From: Fistulifera solaris
Taxonomy: Eukaryota
Direction of reading: 5' to 3'
Length of the DNA: 64,000 nucleotides
Assembly (NCBI GenBank): GCA_030295235.1
Contig: AP026155.1
Location: 558,001-622,000, forward strand
The notes beneath the pieces are model-generated. The model made no database searches. It was given only the letters and a program-made list of their open reading frames with translations, and was not told the origin of the DNA. This document shows, in pieces, positions 61,006 to 64,000 of the stretch (within the stretch, counting starts at the first letter, position 1; each line of letters starts with the position of its first letter). The position numbers and the translations under genes are program-made.

Positions 61006-62397
61006 TCATCGTGCCCTGCTTTTTTTCCTTCGTTGTCGTCGTCGACGGCCCAGAGTACTTTGTGTAGTATGCAGTCGATCAATCCATTTATTAATGGTTT
61101 CTAAATCGGGATGATTGTGAAATCGCACCAAATCGACTTCATCGTTGTATTCCTCATCGCCATGTCCCGCCGGTACAAACGCCAACAAAAGAGGATATCG
61201 TTTTAGGTCGAATTCTTTGGCCAAGACCAAGTTCTTGGCGCGACTTTCGCCAAACAAAAATTTGTCCCGGTGTTGATACGCCACCGAAGCAAACATGGCA
61301 CCGGTTTCGTATTTGTCCGACAGTAACAAAATGGCCGCATCGTGCTTTTCGTTGGAGGGATGCAATAATGGCTCGATCAAACGTTCTTGCAAATGTTCGA
61401 CCGAATTGATGTTGCGAATGTTGTCGGTTGGCATGTTCTGTGTGACAAATTCGTGCAATTGGCGGGCATTGGGGAGCTTCGAGGAGTCGTCGTAAAACGT
61501 GTGCTGACCGGCCACTACAAAGGCAAATTGCGGTAAATCTTCCAAATCAATCCCCAATTCGAGACAGAAATTGGCTTCGTCCTTGTTGCGACCACAATTC
61601 ATGGCCCCAATCTTGTACGAACCCGAGATTTTGCTGGCCAGCGTTTCGATCGGACCTTTGGCTTTTTCGCTGCGAGGATGTTGGTAATCGTAAAAGACAA
61701 CTAACCACAAATATTTGGATTTTTCGTTGGGATATTTCGGTTTTCCGAGTCGTGTCACGTTGGGAACATCTTTGAACAAGTCCACTTTGGGTGCTGCTGC
61801 CTTGGGTTTTCCGGGTCGGGCTCCTCCACCTCCAAATTGTGCTCCATCAAAGCCATCAAAATGAACCTTGAAATTACCTGATTCAAAACCACCCATTCCC
61901 CCCTGCTCCAAACATTTCTTGGAACATAGAGAAGGGATCAAATTGGAATGTATGACCGCCGGCACTTCCTGCATTGAATTTAAAATTGTAGGTTTGACCT
62001 CCTCCGGCTCCAAAACCACCACCGGCCGAGCCAAATCCACCCGCGTTCGGATCTATCCCCCGCTCCATCATTTCGAGTCCTTGTTTACCGTATTGATCGT
62101 ACACTTTGCGCTTGTCGTCATCCGATAAGATCGAATAGGCTTCACTGACTTTGACAAATATTTCTTCGGCTTTTTCCTTTTCGTCGTCCGGTACTTTGTC
62201 GGGATGATACTTCAAAGCCAATTTGCGATACGCGGCTTTAATATCTTTCGCATTGGCCTTTTGCTGACACCTAGAATGTCGTAATAATCATCCTTTGCGG
62301 AAAAGTTGGCGTGTCGGGCGGCTTTTCCGTGCGATGAGAGAAATGTCAAGAAAAGGAGAAGCCAAAACAGTCGTAAAGATTGTTGTTGCAATTTCAT
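61006..62397 (-). CDS. Secretory-pathway DnaJ protein with thioredoxin-like domains
   Basis: Signal peptide, [33 protein letters not shown] region, WLVVFY..., KIGAMNC; frameshifts at 62259-62262 and 61898-61903. Confidence 0.85.
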
Positions 62398-62917
62398 AAT
62401 GACAGGAACAAAACGAGAGCGGGTGTATGATCCAGATTCAATCAATAGAATGCGAACGAATTGTAGGATTGTGTCTTCTTTTCTAACAAACTGTTGTTAT
62501 CGTTGTTGCATGCAAAATGTGTTCTTTGGTTGACGCGATGCGATGCGAAAGAGCCGAAAACGCAAAAGAAAAAGGCGCGACCGAAGGCTCTCTCATCGGA
62601 AGCAAATGACGCGAAGTACACTCAATCGGATACTTCAAAGGACAGAAGACACAATAAGTCCATCATTGTGGGAAATGACACGTGGAACCGAAAACCATCA
62701 ATATCGGATCGGTACCGAAGAGATTTTCGCAAAACCACGATTAAAAAAAATTAAGCGACGAGAGATGATGAAGATGAGCGACAGAAATCTTTGCACAAAT
62801 CTCTTCCGAGCAAGTTACCCGTGTTCTTTCATTTCGATCTTTCGTTGGTCGTAAACGAGAGCACAGCTGCCTTGATTTCAATCTCTTTATTTGCTCAACC
62901 ATTCTTTTGCAAGAAAC

Positions 62918-63540
62918 ATGACTGTCAAAGGTAGGTTTATCGTCGTCGCTGTATGCGTAGTGTTTGAAATCACTCACGATGAGACCTCGTAACTCGCAAC
63001 AACAACAACACACACACACACACATTCTAGACGAACCAACCGACAAAAAAAACCGATGTAGAGGAACCCGATATTCCATTCGCCGAGGCATTGTCTGTAC
63101 CGCCGCAGAATAACCCAGTCGTCCAAGCAGCACCCTTGGCACCGACAGCACCGACGCAGAGTACTACGTCGACAGCAGTGCCCACGGGGGCGGCTCCGTC
63201 GGGTGGGACGACGTATCATCTTCCCAACTTGGGACGTCAACCCAAATCGCTCAAGTGTCCGAGCTGTCAGCAAGATATGCAAACGGATGTTACGAACCAA
63301 GTTGACGCCTTTACGTTGTGTTTTGCGTCATCATCTTCCTCTTGTTCTGGCCTCTCTTCTGGTTGGTACGTTGGATCGGGCGTCTCATTTCTTTTCTTTG
63401 GCGTTGTCATTCTGTCTCACGCATCATTCTTGTCACATACTTTGTATACAGCCCTTTGTTCTTCCTCCTTGCAAAGCAGCAGTTCACGTCTGTCCCAAGT
63501 GCCGCAAGCAATTGGGAAAGACCCCTACTGCTGTGGCTAA
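62918..63540 (+). CDS. LITAF-domain protein
   Basis: Pro-rich N-terminus, CPSCQQ...T.V, hydrophobic stretch, H.CPKC...LG. Predicted introns 62931-63030 and ~63367-63451; homopolymer frameshifts. Confidence 0.8.
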
Positions 63541-64000
63541 GTACCTGGTAGTAGAGTGTGTCGAAAGAGCCTCAAATATAGTGGTGTATAAGAGTCTATA
63601 TTATTCAAATTGATCTTGAATTCCGTGCACCTACTTTTTATAAAATTTCCGTGTGACGGACGAGTTGGCCATTCCGTAAAAGCACACGTTGCGGTGTGTC
63701 CCAAATACACTCTTGTTTCATCTATTCTCGTGTTTGGCAAATGGGAGTCGGATACAAAGTAGTGTTTCCAATCGTCCATCCCTGTGATAATAATTTCATT
63801 GCATTTATTTTCTCTGGAAATTTATCATTTGCATCATCGTCCCTCCAATGGTCTCTCCCTAATTTCCGGCCACATGATCAGGTAACAGGTGTCACTGGAC
63901 TTTTTCCAATTATGCAAATAGCAATGGAGAATGGAGTACTACGTACCTGGTAACGGCGAACGCCTGTGACTATAGCGGTTTACAGTGTTTGGTCACCGAA

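Noticed and set aside
600..63540. Programmed ribosomal frameshifting as the cause of split ORFs
   Set aside because: Shifts go in both directions, occur in A, T, G and C runs, and share no slippery-site or stop-codon motif; homopolymer error is simpler.

Overview
Gene-dense eukaryotic nuclear DNA with short GT-AG introns and several bipartite (signal peptide + ASAF-like) N-termini. This points to a pennate diatom or a related stramenopile alga (inference). About 37 protein genes are recognisable. They include an acyl-CoA ligase, a SERCA-type Ca2+-ATPase, a globin, a Nudix hydrolase, HBS1, UBE2Q, Ni/Co-transporter-like, YnfA and chromate transporters, KAE1, three J-domain proteins, two V-ATPase c subunits, an MBOAT, RPB8, FEN1, thymidine phosphorylase, a RING E3 and a LITAF protein. 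More than a dozen conserved genes carry single-base frameshifts sitting in homopolymer runs, in both directions, most simply explained as sequencing or assembly errors. The most interesting signals are: (i) an intact Mutator-derived ORF with a degenerate catalytic core but retained zinc fingers, a candidate domesticated transposase; (ii) a transmembrane FG-repeat protein with POM121/Nup153-like architecture next to a CHMP7-like ESCRT-III gene; (iii) three copies of a plastid-targeted tandem-domain protein family I cannot name; (iv) two V-ATPase proteolipids with long insertions in the TM3-TM4 loop; (v) a tandem pair of unknown paralogs at 49-51.5 kb; (vi) a dispersed ~80-bp hairpin element present twice; (vii) a 9-nt micro-exon in the ATPase hinge motif. 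I found no rRNA, tRNA or CRISPR array. All calls come from motif recognition by eye; no database searches were run.
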